NCBI GenBank assembly: GCA_905182345.1
Contig: CAJJBG010000015.1
Span: 36,532 to 100,531, forward strand
DNA length: 64,000 bases
Direction of reading: 5' to 3'
Source: Pelagibacteraceae bacterium AG-422-B15
GTDB lineage: Bacteria; Pseudomonadota; Alphaproteobacteria; Pelagibacterales; AG-422-B15
Positions 39,700 through 52,960 of this stretch are shown here, one piece after another. A model generated the notes under the pieces. That model was not told where the DNA came from, made no database searches, and saw only the letters and a program-made list of their open reading frames with translations. The position numbers and the translations under genes were made by a program. Positions within the stretch are counted from its first letter, which is position 1. The number at the start of each line of letters is the position of its first letter.

Positions 39700-42501
39700 T
39701 TAATGTGCTTCGTCCCAATTATCTCCAAAACTTGATTCAACTAATAAAGGAACATCAAGTTTTGCTAATGGATCTAGTGCATTTTCCATCTCCTGCGTGA
39801 TTAAAGCTAAATATTTATCTATTTTATCTTTTTTTATCTCAAAAATTAGCTCATCATGTACCTGAAGTAGCATTTTGCAGTCTGGGTTATTAGAAATTTT
39901 TTTCTCATTAATTTTAATCATTGCTCGCTTTATTATGTCTGCTGCTGTTCCTTGAATTGGTGCATTAATAGCAGCTCTTTCTTGAAATGATCTAAATGCA
40001 AAATTTTTATCTTTAATTCGAGGGAAAAAACTTTTTCGACCACAAAGTGTTTCTACGTAACCTTGCTCTCTGCATAAAGATTTAGTCTCTTCCATGTAAT
40101 CTTTAATCCCAGGAAATTTTTCAAAATACTTTTTTATAAAATTATTAGCATCATGATTCGAAATAGATAATTGTTTCGCAAGGCCAAATGCTGAAATGCC
40201 ATAAATTATTCCAAAGTTTACTTCTTTTGCTCTTCTTCTCAAATCTGGACTTATATCTTTTATTTTTTTACCAAATATTTCTGAAGCTGTTAGTGTGTGT
40301 ATATCCTCGCCATTTTTAAAGGCTTCCTTAAGTGGCTTTATGTCAGCAATGTGTGCAAGCACTCTTAACTCAACCTGACTGTAGTCTGCTGATAAAATCT
40401 TATAGCCTTTTTCAGCAATAAAAGCTTTTCTAATTAGCCTGCCTTCAGTTGAACGGATTGGTATATTTTGAAGGTTTGGATCACTAGAAGATAACCTGCC
40501 TGTGCTAGTTGATGCCATTGCATAGGAGGTATGAATTCTGCCAGTAGTTTTATTAATATGTGTTTGCAGAGCTTCGGTATATGTATTTTTTAATTTAGAA
40601 AGTTGGCGCCAAGTTATTAAATCTTTAGCAACTTGTTGGCCTTCGAATGCTAGGTCTTCTAAGACCTCAATGCCTGTTGAATATTCACCAGTTTTTGTTT
40701 TCTTAGGTGGTGTAAGTCCTAATTGATTGAACAATACTTCACCAAGTTGTTTAGGTGATGCAATATTAAACTCAGTTTTACAGGCTGTGAAAATTACTTT
40801 TTCTAAAATTTTTATTTTTTTTGAAAATTTATCTGAAAGTGTTTTTAAATAATTTGTATTAACTTTAATACCATTAATTTCCATCTCTAAAATAGACTCA
40901 ATTAAATTTCTTTCTAAGTAATTGTATGCACTTAAGTTTTTTTCAACTAACAACTTCTTTCTTAATTTCAAAAATAACTTTAATGTAATTTCAGCATCTT
41001 CAGCGGCATATTTTGTAGCAGTTTCAATGTCTACATAATCAAATGTTATTTGTGATTTACCAACACCAACTACATCTTTAAACTTAATAGTTTCACGGCT
41101 AAAATGTATTTTAGCTAAATCATCCATCCCATGTCTATGGTTGCCTGCATCATTGATGTAGGACATCAGCATTGTATCTTCATAAGAAATGACATTAATT
41201 TTATATTTTTTTAGCACCGCAATATCATATTTAATATTGTGCCCTATCTTAAGTAATGATTTATCATCTAGAATATTTGATAAGTATTTTAAAGCCTCTT
41301 TAAAGTCTATTTGCTCCTTAAGAATATTAGAGTCACTATCTTTGTGAGCTAATGGAATATAATAAGATTCTCTGGTTTCAAAACTTAGAGCAACGCCAAC
41401 TAAGTTTGCGTCAATGACATTTAGTGAGTCTGTCTCAAGATCAAAAACAAAATATCCTTTTTGATAAATATTTCTTATAAGCAATTCTAGAGATTTAATA
41501 TCATTAATGGTTTTATATACCGTATCTTCATTAAAATCTGATTCTAAAATTATAGCTGCATTAGGATTAATTGTACTTGGGACTTTGACTGCTTTTTTAG
41601 TAATTTTAATTTTTTCTAATTCTGGATTTTTTTTAATTAGTCTTTCTCTTAGTTTAAATAGTTCTAAATCATGTAAAAATGGTAATAACGTGTCATAATT
41701 AATATTCTTTATTCCAAGACTGTTTAAATCCTCAATCCCACTTACGTCATTTTTTAGAGTTACAAGCTGCTTGCTTATTTTTATTAATTCCACATTCTCA
41801 ATCAAACTCTCTCTTCTTTTTTGTTGTTTTATTTGTGACGCTGATTTGAGCAAATTCTCTAGATTATCATACTCATTAATTAGTAGGGCTGCAGTTTTCA
41901 CTCCTATACCTGGTGCACCAGGTATATTATCCGCACTGTCCCCGGCTAATGCTTGCACATCAATGACTCTATTTGGTGCAACTCCAAATTTTTCTTTAAC
42001 CTCATCTATTCCAATTAATTTATTCTTCATTGTATCAACCAGGTTGATGTTTTTAGAGACAACTTGCATAAGATCTTTATCAGATGAGACAATCGATACA
42101 TTCCAGTTCTTTTCAGAGGCTTGTTTTGCATAAGTTGCAATAATGTCATCGGCCTCATATCCAGCTAATTCAACTGAAGGAATCCCAAAAGCTTTTACTG
42201 AATCTTTAATTATTTTAAATTGCGGAATAAGGTCTTCAGGTGGTTCACCACGATTGGCCTTATAATCACTATAAATATCATTTCGAAAAGTTTTTCGAGC
42301 ACTGTCAAATATAACAGCTAGGTGTGTTGGCTTTGAATTTGCTTTGGTGTCTTCGATTAGTTTAAAAAGCATATTACAAAAACCATTAACAGCCCCTGTA
42401 GGCAATCCATCACTTTTTCTGTAAAGTGGAGGCAATGCATAATAAGCTCTAAAAATATAGCCTGAACCATCAATTAGAAATAAATGATTTTCTTTTGACA
42501 C
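39700..42501 (-). CDS. polA: DNA polymerase I
   Basis: LIDGSGYIFRAY 5'-exo; DLET 3'-exo; TGRLSSSDPNLQNIP, DYSQVELR, QVHDEL. Confidence 0.98.
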   Translation of the reverse strand: MSKENHLFLIDGSGYIFRAYYALPPLYRKSDGLPTGAVNGFCNMLFKLIEDTKANSKPTHLAVIFDSARKTFRNDIYSDYKANRGEPPEDLIPQFKIIKDSVKAFGIPSVELAGYEADDIIATYAKQASEKNWNVSIVSSDKDLMQVVSKNINLVDTMKNKLIGIDEVKEKFGVAPNRVIDVQALAGDSADNIPGAPGIGVKTAALLINEYDNLENLLKSASQIKQQKRRESLIENVELIKISKQLVTLKNDVSGIEDLNSLGIKNINYDTLLPFLHDLELFKLRERLIKKNPELEKIKITKKAVKVPSTINPNAAIILESDFNEDTVYKTINDIKSLELLIRNIYQKGYFVFDLETDSLNVIDANLVGVALSFETRESYYIPLAHKDSDSNILKEQIDFKEALKYLSNILDDKSLLKIGHNIKYDIAVLKKYKINVISYEDTMLMSYINDAGNHRHGMDDLAKIHFSRETIKFKDVVGVGKSQITFDYVDIETATKYAAEDAEITLKLFLKLRKKLLVEKNLSAYNYLERNLIESILEMEINGIKVNTNYLKTLSDKFSKKIKILEKVIFTACKTEFNIASPKQLGEVLFNQLGLTPPKKTKTGEYSTGIEVLEDLAFEGQQVAKDLITWRQLSKLKNTYTEALQTHINKTTGRIHTSYAMASTSTGRLSSSDPNLQNIPIRSTEGRLIRKAFIAEKGYKILSADYSQVELRVLAHIADIKPLKEAFKNGEDIHTLTASEIFGKKIKDISPDLRRRAKEVNFGIIYGISAFGLAKQLSISNHDANNFIKKYFEKFPGIKDYMEETKSLCREQGYVETLCGRKSFFPRIKDKNFAFRSFQERAAINAPIQGTAADIIKRAMIKINEKKISNNPDCKMLLQVHDELIFEIKKDKIDKYLALITQEMENALDPLAKLDVPLLVESSFGDNWDEAH

Positions 42502-42507
42502 CTTTAA

Positions 42508-42696
42508 TTAACTATTTTCTAAGGTAAAAAGTTTACTACAATAAGGGCATCTAATAGTTTTTTCATCGCCCATATCTAAATATACTTTTGGGTGACCTAA
42601 TGAGCCACCAATTCCTGAGCAACTTACTTTTGTTGTATCAACAATTTCATTATTGTCATTATCTTGGATGTTATTTGAAGTATTCATATTAATCAT
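42508..42696 (-). CDS. zf-CHCC zinc-finger protein
   Basis: VSCSG..GSLGHPKVYL...CPYCSKLF. Confidence 0.85.
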   Translation of the reverse strand: MINMNTSNNIQDNDNNEIVDTTKVSCSGIGGSLGHPKVYLDMGDEKTIRCPYCSKLFTLENS

Positions 42697-42776
42697 GATA
42701 CTAGAACTAGCCTTAAAAAACTATAAAGTATTTTTTTTGTAAGGCTTTATAACAGTAAATAATTCTTAAATATGTA

Positions 42777-45479
42777 TTAATTTAAAATTGAGTATTTTGA
42801 AGCTTTAGCTCCAGTTTTTCTAGGAAATAATTTGTCTAGCACAACAGCAAGTGCTGGTAAAATGATCATTGCACATAGCATATTTACGATAAACATGAAT
42901 GTTAAGAGTTTGCCCATATCAGCTTGAAATTTTAATTCTGAGAAGGACCAAGTTGCAACACCAATTGCAAGAGTTAGTGCTGTAAAAATTACTGCTGCTC
43001 CAGTATTTGAAAATGTATTTTGAAAAGCTTCTGTAATATCTAAGCCTTCTTTTAAATAAGTCTGTAGTCTATTATAGATATAAAAAGCATAGTCTACACC
43101 AATACCAACTGCTAATACCATTACAGGCAATGTAGATATTTTTAACCCAATCTCCATTACATCCATAAATGCATAACCTAGCATGGTTGCAAAGGTTAGT
43201 GGTACTGTACAACAAATCGTTGCTCGCCAATCTCGATAAGTAATAAACACTAAGAATATGATTACCGCATACACTATAAGCATCATTGGTAATTCTGAAG
43301 TTTCAATTACTTGGTTGGTTGCATGCATAATACCTACTGTGCCGCTTGCAAGCCTAAAATTTGTTTCATCCATCTGAGTTGCAATAGCGTCTACAGAGGG
43401 ATTATCATTAAAGTATTTTTTAAGAGCATTTGATGCGGCTAAGATATCTAAAAGATTTTTATTGTTACCGGCTAATTCTTCCAAATTTGGATCTTTTAAT
43501 AAAGCATCAAGTCTTGATGTATTAAGCATTCTAGTGTTAAAATTATTTTTATAGCCAAAATTTATCCATTCATCTTTTCCAAAAGTTTTGAGATTCTTTA
43601 CTCCAAATTCCTCTGGATTAATTGGTAGCCCATAAGTTACCGCAGTGGCTAAACTAGCAGTTTCTCCTGAAGGAGGAAAAAATGTATATTCAAAAGAAAT
43701 TGAGTTATCAAGTTGTTGATAATTTAATTGATAGTCTTTTGCAGCCTTAATTACATGCTCAATTGTTGTTGCCTTGTGGTCTTCGGTAAAAATATAGACT
43801 GGTAAAATTGTACAGTTCTCGTTAAGAAGTCCAGTTGATGGATCCGCTATACTTGTAACAAATCCCAGCGCTCTATCATGACGGGGAACATAATTCCATT
43901 TAGGATTTCCTTCTGCATAACCACTTGCCGCAGACCTTGCAACCCCAGATAATGATATAACTTCTGTTACGCCCTCTACATTTTCCATGTACCAATGAAA
44001 ATTATCTTGAACTGACATAACGTCATACATTCTGCAGGCTAGTTCAGGTACCTCCATAATAACAATTAAGACGTCTGAAGTTATGTTAAACCTTGAAGTA
44101 ATAGCTTTCATATCTTGGTTGTAAACCGCTTCAGGTCTTAATTCTGGTGCACCCGCATGAAGATCGCCTATGTGTCTGTCGGAAGCTAGTATTGTTGCAT
44201 ATACAAATATAACACTGCTAATAGCAAGGGTTATAACTGCAGTTTTAGGCTCAGCAAATTTATGAAAATACTTCATTGCATTTCTTCGTGCAAATATAGC
44301 TCGTTCAGCACGAATTTTAAAGTTATCACTATAGACTACGAATGAAGCAGCAAGTGGAAGCATAACTAAGTTTGTAACAATTTTCATTGCAACACCTATT
44401 GAGGCTGTGATTCCTAATTCCTGTATCATTCCAATTGGTAAGAAGACTAAGGTTCCAAATCCAACTAAATCTGTAACTAATGCCATAGTGCCTGGTACCA
44501 ATAATCTAGAAAAGCTTGATCTCGCGGCAACAACAGCTGAATTTCCATCAATCACTTCTTTTGTAATTTGATTTACCTGTTGAATTCCATGTGAAACTCC
44601 AATAGCAAAAACAAGGAATGGAACAAGAATAGCTAAAGGATCTAATCCAAATCCTAATAATTTTAACATTCCAAACTGCCAAATAAGGGAGGTTAGTGAA
44701 CAGACTAAAGGAAGGAAAGTTAATGTCCAAGATTTTGAATAAAAATAAACTGCTAGGACTGTTAAACCAAAAGCAAGTAGAAAAAACTTAAACACATTGC
44801 CTGCCTGTGCAGCAATATCAGAAATCATTTTAGCAAAACCAATTATGTGGATCTTGTATTTATCATCTTGAAATTTATCACGTACCTCAGCATCAATTAG
44901 TTTTCCTAATTCTAGATAGTCTAAAGCTTTTCCAGTTCTTGGATCAAATTCAGTTAGTTCAATTTTAATAAGTGCAGAGCTAAAGTCATTAGAAACAATT
45001 TTTCCAACATGCCCACCCGTTAAGATTCTTTCTTTAATTTTTTGAATTTCAATATCATTAAGTTTTTCAGCAGTAATATTTCCTGGAATCACTGGAGATG
45101 CTTCAAAACCTTCTTCAGTGACTCTTAAAACTCTAACATTAGGAGTCCATAAAGAAGTTAGTGAGGACTGATTTGCTCCAGGCAAATATCTGGCGGCTTC
45201 AGATACTTCTAATAGTTTTGTTAAAAATTCTTTATTGAAAATATCACCTTCAGTTGTTCTTACGGCGATCATTATGTTGTTGGATCCGAACAACGCATCT
45301 TCATACTGATAAAAAGTTTTAATAAACTCATGATTTTTTGGAAGTTGTTTGTAAAATCCTGCATCAATTGTTAATTGAGCTGCAAAGAATCCCATTATAA
45401 CGGTTAGAATTACAAATCCAGATAGGATTGCCATTCTAAATTTAAAAAATAAATTTTCTATTTTTTGGACCATGCGCAC
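42777..45479 (-). CDS. RND/MMPL-family transporter with an ~120-aa insertion in the second periplasmic loop
   Basis: LDPLAILVPFLVFAIGVSHG, GAPELRPEA.YN, GIGVDYAFY, FQADMG. Confidence 0.85.
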   Translation of the reverse strand: MRMVQKIENLFFKFRMAILSGFVILTVIMGFFAAQLTIDAGFYKQLPKNHEFIKTFYQYEDALFGSNNIMIAVRTTEGDIFNKEFLTKLLEVSEAARYLPGANQSSLTSLWTPNVRVLRVTEEGFEASPVIPGNITAEKLNDIEIQKIKERILTGGHVGKIVSNDFSSALIKIELTEFDPRTGKALDYLELGKLIDAEVRDKFQDDKYKIHIIGFAKMISDIAAQAGNVFKFFLLAFGLTVLAVYFYSKSWTLTFLPLVCSLTSLIWQFGMLKLLGFGLDPLAILVPFLVFAIGVSHGIQQVNQITKEVIDGNSAVVAARSSFSRLLVPGTMALVTDLVGFGTLVFLPIGMIQELGITASIGVAMKIVTNLVMLPLAASFVVYSDNFKIRAERAIFARRNAMKYFHKFAEPKTAVITLAISSVIFVYATILASDRHIGDLHAGAPELRPEAVYNQDMKAITSRFNITSDVLIVIMEVPELACRMYDVMSVQDNFHWYMENVEGVTEVISLSGVARSAASGYAEGNPKWNYVPRHDRALGFVTSIADPSTGLLNENCTILPVYIFTEDHKATTIEHVIKAAKDYQLNYQQLDNSISFEYTFFPPSGETASLATAVTYGLPINPEEFGVKNLKTFGKDEWINFGYKNNFNTRMLNTSRLDALLKDPNLEELAGNNKNLLDILAASNALKKYFNDNPSVDAIATQMDETNFRLASGTVGIMHATNQVIETSELPMMLIVYAVIIFLVFITYRDWRATICCTVPLTFATMLGYAFMDVMEIGLKISTLPVMVLAVGIGVDYAFYIYNRLQTYLKEGLDITEAFQNTFSNTGAAVIFTALTLAIGVATWSFSELKFQADMGKLLTFMFIVNMLCAMIILPALAVVLDKLFPRKTGAKASKYSILN

Positions 45480-45683
45480 TAAAGATAAACTAGTTCAGAT
45501 TCTCGGAAAGATAAGAGAAAAAAGAGATTATGTACACAGAAAATCCCCTTCATAGTCCTAATAATTACTAACATTAATTTATAAATAAAAAAAATGGTTG
45601 CCCCGTAAAAAAGAAAATACAGAAAATAAGCTAAAATAGATTTTATGTAATTTTAAAGTATTGAAATTACTTGTTTATTTATA

Positions 45684-45719
45684 ATATCAAGTTAATTTGA
45701 TATATATCATTATGATATA
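45684..45719. promoter_or_regulatory. Tandem palindromes, candidate operator
   Basis: ATATCAAGTTAATTTGATAT followed by TATATCATTATGATATA; both have ATATCA...TGATAT arms. Confidence 0.4.
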
Positions 45720-45761
45720 CATAATATTTGACCTGTTGCAGCATCTATATTATGATTTTAT

Positions 45762-46958
45762 ATGGTAGATAATTCTAGAAATATAAGGTTTGCAAAAGTG
45801 GCACTAAAAGACCAAGGTTTTAAAGTTAAAAAATCCTGGCAAATGTCACGTAATGGCAAAAATGCACTAACAAAAGATCCTGCATATAATGCGGTTAATC
45901 CAAATCACTTTATTCCTATGATTGATGAGGAAAGATATGGTGATCGATCAGATGCATTCGATAAAATTATTAGTGCAACGCATAAACACTTTTGGGATCC
46001 CAATGATAAAAAATATCTCGACTATGATCAGCCCTTTGATACCGAGAATGAACATATTGTTGATCCAGGAATTTTTTGCTTAGAGCTATCAGTCCCAAAC
46101 ATAGCAAACAAGCTTGATGAAAAACAAAAAATTAAATTGAATAATGAAAGTTTTAGATTTGTTTTATCTCAAATATTACATGGAGAACAGGGAGCACTTT
46201 CATTAAGTGCAAGCCTTTGTCATGTATTGAAAGATCCAGGTGCACAAGAATATGCTGCAAACCAAACTCGTGAAGAAGCTCGACATGTCACAGGATTTAC
46301 AAAGTATATTCAAGCTAGATGGGGTAAGCCGTATAAGGTTGGTCCAACATTAGGAAGAGTTTTAGAAAATATTGTTTCATCTGATGTTGTATACAAAAAG
46401 ATTGTAGGCATGCAGATGCTTATTGAAGGCCTTGCTATGGGAGCTTTTGCAATGGCACATGAAGACACTCGTGATCCATTATTACAAACTTTGCTTAAAT
46501 ATGTTATGAGTGATGAAGCTTTTCATCATAAATTTGGAAAAATTTGGGCAGATAGAACAATTCCAAAGTTATCTAAGTCAGAACATAATAAAGTAGAAGA
46601 CTGGGCAGAAACATTATTTGTTGATTTACTCTTTAACCTAATTAATCCTTGGGAAAAAAAAGAAATATACCAAAGCGTTGGGCTAGATCATAAATTTGTT
46701 ATGAAAGAAATGTTTGCATACATAGATGAGTCTGAAGTTGTAAAACAAGAAATGAAAAAAACAAATAATATTTTTAGAGTATTAGTTAAAACTTTATTGA
46801 AAGCTCATATTATTACTGACAGAACAAAAGCCACTTATGCTGAATTTGTGGATATGGAAGAACTAAACAATGAAGATGATACTGTTGCAGGCCAAGAATT
46901 AGCTGATGAAGGCGTTAGAAGACTATCGATTATTAATGCTGGCAAAAAAGTAGCTTAG
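45762..46958 (+). CDS. Ferritin-like diiron protein (AurF/desaturase-like); start may be ATG 45843
   Basis: HGEQGAL, REEARH, IEGLAMGAF, SDEAFHH diiron ligand pattern. Confidence 0.75.
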   Translation: MVDNSRNIRFAKVALKDQGFKVKKSWQMSRNGKNALTKDPAYNAVNPNHFIPMIDEERYGDRSDAFDKIISATHKHFWDPNDKKYLDYDQPFDTENEHIVDPGIFCLELSVPNIANKLDEKQKIKLNNESFRFVLSQILHGEQGALSLSASLCHVLKDPGAQEYAANQTREEARHVTGFTKYIQARWGKPYKVGPTLGRVLENIVSSDVVYKKIVGMQMLIEGLAMGAFAMAHEDTRDPLLQTLLKYVMSDEAFHHKFGKIWADRTIPKLSKSEHNKVEDWAETLFVDLLFNLINPWEKKEIYQSVGLDHKFVMKEMFAYIDESEVVKQEMKKTNNIFRVLVKTLLKAHIITDRTKATYAEFVDMEELNNEDDTVAGQELADEGVRRLSIINAGKKVA

Positions 46959-46962
46959 GTTT

Positions 46963-47298
46963 TTACTTAGGTGATCATTTAGCTAATATCCTTTATAGCG
47001 TTCTTCTGTGCATTTTTAATCTCCTAGCTGTCTCAGAAACATTTTGATTACACAATTCATAAACTCTTAATATATGTTACCACTTAACACGATCAGCGGA
47101 CATGGGGTCTATTGGTGGTTCTGGATTTTCCGAATATGTTGCTTTTAATGCAGTATCAATATCATCAACATTTGCAGGTTTTGCTAAATAATCACATGTG
47201 CCCTCTTTAATTGCAGCCACTGCTGTAAGAATATTTTCATAGCCTGTTAAAATAATAATTTTACAATCTTCTCTTATTTTTGATAACTCAGAAACTAA
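46963..47298 (-). pseudogene. regA: regA/prrA/actR response regulator, 5'-deleted with nonsense codons
   Basis: Hand translation: ...IIILTGYENILTAVAAIKEGTCDYLAKPANVDDI...PPIDPMSADRVKW*HILRVYELCNQNVSETARRLKMHRRTL*RILAK*SPK*. Stops at 47077-79, 46993-95, 46975-77. Confidence 0.92.
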
Positions 47299-47480
47299 AC
47301 GCTAATTGCTATAACTGTTAAAGCAAGTTGAATATTAAAGGATATTTGTAGATATAGCTATGCAGTTACTACTGCTAATATTTGCCCTAGTATTGCAACC
47401 CACCTAATTAAATTTAATGTTCTGAGTCTTAGCCCAACTAGGTTATTATTTGATAAATTTAATGTATTAAGAAATTTTTA
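47299..47480 (-). pseudogene. regB: regB/prrB sensor kinase N-terminal remnant
   Basis: Hand translation: GLRLRTLNLIRWVAILGQILAVVTA*LYLQISFNIQLALTVIAIS, matching the RegB TM1 motif RLRTL..LRW.A..GQ; stop at 47358-60; abuts the regA remnant. Confidence 0.8.
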
Positions 47481-47492
47481 TAACTACAGTCT

Positions 47493-50641
<3,149 letters not shown>

Positions 50642-50655
50642 TTATTATAGCTTAT

Positions 50656-51762
50656 TTAAGAATTTTTTACTTCAAAAAAAATCGTATCTTTATTTAAATG
50701 AGTGAATAATTCTTTTGATACTCCCGTGAACCAGCTTTGTGTGTTTAACTTACCTAATTCATCAATTAATGCTTCTCTGTGGTTCTGGTCTAAGTGAGCC
50801 ATAGCTTCATCAATCAATATTATTGGGGGCTTTCCAAAATCAGACCTAACTATAATTTGTGCAACTGATAAAATTATGGATATCAAAATAGATTTCTGCT
50901 CGCCAGTAGAACATTGCTTTGCTTCAATAGAAGAGTCATCTAACTTCCATATATTAACTTGAACCTTATTAGGACCCATGCTGGTTCTATTTAGCTCTTT
51001 ATCAATAAATCTATTGGTTTGTAAAATTCTCTTATAGTTGGTAATAAAATCTTCTTTATGATTAGAAGACTCAAGTGAACTTTCATAGATAAGTTCTATT
51101 GTGCATGAATTAAAGGGCTTAGATATAAGGGTTAGATTTTCATTAATTTGAATAATTGCATCATTTCGATACTTGATTACTTCAGAGGCTTTTTCTGCAA
51201 TATTAAACTCAATTTGATCCAACCAACTATCATCAGGTATATTAGATTTTAGCAAATGAAGTCTTTCTTTAGTAAACTTATTATATGCAGAGAAAGATTT
51301 TAAATATTTCTTATTTATATTAAAAATTAATCTATCAAAAAAATTCCTTCTTTCAGAATTTGATTGCAGCATAATTTTTTCCATTATAGGAGTAACCCAA
51401 ATAACTCTTAAAAAATTTAATAGATCAGAGGTTTTACATTTCTCATCATCCATAAAAAAATTAGATTTTTGTATGCTATTTTTTACAAAAGTTTTTTTAA
51501 TTTTTACTAAGCTTTCATCAAATTCTACATCTGCCAGTAAGCTGTAGTTAGTATTATGATTTTTATTTATTATTTCTTCATTCTTTGCGTTTCTTAGGCC
51601 TCTTCCAGGTGAAAGAAGTGAGAGAGATTCAAGAATATTAGTTTTGCCTGCACCATTCTCTCCATAAAGAACAATATTGTTACTACGAGAGTTTAAAGAA
51701 AATTCTTGGTGTGAACGGAAGTTATTAAGGGTGATTTTAGAAATAAGTATACTTGATCGCAT
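50656..51762 (-). CDS. recF: DNA replication/repair protein RecF
   Basis: NFRS, GENGAGKTN, CSTGEQK, DEAMAHLD. Confidence 0.92.
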   Translation of the reverse strand: MRSSILISKITLNNFRSHQEFSLNSRSNNIVLYGENGAGKTNILESLSLLSPGRGLRNAKNEEIINKNHNTNYSLLADVEFDESLVKIKKTFVKNSIQKSNFFMDDEKCKTSDLLNFLRVIWVTPIMEKIMLQSNSERRNFFDRLIFNINKKYLKSFSAYNKFTKERLHLLKSNIPDDSWLDQIEFNIAEKASEVIKYRNDAIIQINENLTLISKPFNSCTIELIYESSLESSNHKEDFITNYKRILQTNRFIDKELNRTSMGPNKVQVNIWKLDDSSIEAKQCSTGEQKSILISIILSVAQIIVRSDFGKPPIILIDEAMAHLDQNHREALIDELGKLNTQSWFTGVSKELFTHLNKDTIFFEVKNS

Positions 51763-51763
51763 T

Positions 51764-52900
51764 TTAGATGCGCATAGGCATTAAAACAAAAAATAGATGA
51801 TCATGAGCATCATCTTCAATTAAAACAGGTGCAGCAGGGTCAGAAAAACTTAGTGTTACATCGGACCCATCTATCTCTGAAATAATATCAAGCAAATATC
51901 TTGAATTAAAACCAATTTCTAATTTATCATTTGCAAATTTAACATCAATCTCTTCTACGGCAGAGCCTTTGCTCACACTATTAGCCAATAATTGTAGCTT
52001 ATCATTTTCAATAATGAGCTTTATTCCTCTAGATTTTGTGTCTTCACTGACAGCAATTGCTGAGACACGTTCAATTGCCCCTTTAAGATCATTAATATTA
52101 GTTTTAAGTTTTTTTTCATTATTTTGAGGAATTACTTTTGTATAATCTGGAAATGTACCATCTATAACTTTAGATACTAATTCAACTTCACTACATGCAA
52201 ATTTGATTTTGCTTGCTGATAAGGCTATGTGTACGTCTCCATTAACATCATCTAAAATCCTTCTTAATTCTAAGATAGTTTTTTTGGGTATAATGACGCC
52301 TGACATTTTTTCAGCACCTTGAGGTAGGGGCATATCATATTGTGCCAGTCTATGTCCGTCTGTAGCCACTGATCTTAGTATATCTATTCCATTTTTATGT
52401 GCCGCATGAAAGAATATACCATTTAAATAATATCGAGATTCTTCATTTGATATAGCAAACTTAGTTTTATCAATCATGTTTTTTAAATCATCAACATTCA
52501 TTATGAATTTAACTAACAAATCATCCTGGGATATGTCTGGAAAATCATCGGTAGGTAACGTTGATAGTTTAAATCTTGATCTACCTGATTTTATATTAAG
52601 ACTGTTTTCTGATTCATCCATCTCAAGATCAATATCAGATCCTTGAGGTAATTTTTTTACAATTTCATGTAATGTAATAGCTGGCACTGAAATTTCTCCA
52701 TCAACCTCAATACTTGCACCAATTTTTTCAGAGCAAAAAATATCTAGGTTTGTTGATGATAAGCGAAGATTATCTCCATCAGCTTTTATTATAACATTTG
52801 ATAAAATTGGTAGAGTATGGCGTAACTCAACAACTCCTTGAATATGAGATAAGGCTTTAGATAATTCGGCACTATTAACTTTTAGTTTCATAGTGGGCAT
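51764..52900 (-). CDS. dnaN: DNA polymerase III beta clamp
   Basis: LPILSNV, RYYLNG, VATDGHRL, GTFPDY, VLMPMRI. Confidence 0.97.
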   Translation of the reverse strand: MPTMKLKVNSAELSKALSHIQGVVELRHTLPILSNVIIKADGDNLRLSSTNLDIFCSEKIGASIEVDGEISVPAITLHEIVKKLPQGSDIDLEMDESENSLNIKSGRSRFKLSTLPTDDFPDISQDDLLVKFIMNVDDLKNMIDKTKFAISNEESRYYLNGIFFHAAHKNGIDILRSVATDGHRLAQYDMPLPQGAEKMSGVIIPKKTILELRRILDDVNGDVHIALSASKIKFACSEVELVSKVIDGTFPDYTKVIPQNNEKKLKTNINDLKGAIERVSAIAVSEDTKSRGIKLIIENDKLQLLANSVSKGSAVEEIDVKFANDKLEIGFNSRYLLDIISEIDGSDVTLSFSDPAAPVLIEDDAHDHLFFVLMPMRI

Positions 52901-52960
52901 TATACATAATTTAATGATGACTTGTTATTATTATTTATAATAATAGTTAAAAAATAGATA

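Noticed and set aside
42709-42746. AGCCTTA...TAAGGCT inverted repeat after the RND gene
   Set aside because: Weak stem, large loop and no U-tail; cannot be called a terminator.
46963-47298. Stop-codon recoding or selenocysteine explanation for the regA stops
   Set aside because: The stops are of mixed type (TAA, TAA, TGA, plus TAG in regB), the 5' end is deleted, and all other genes use the standard code.
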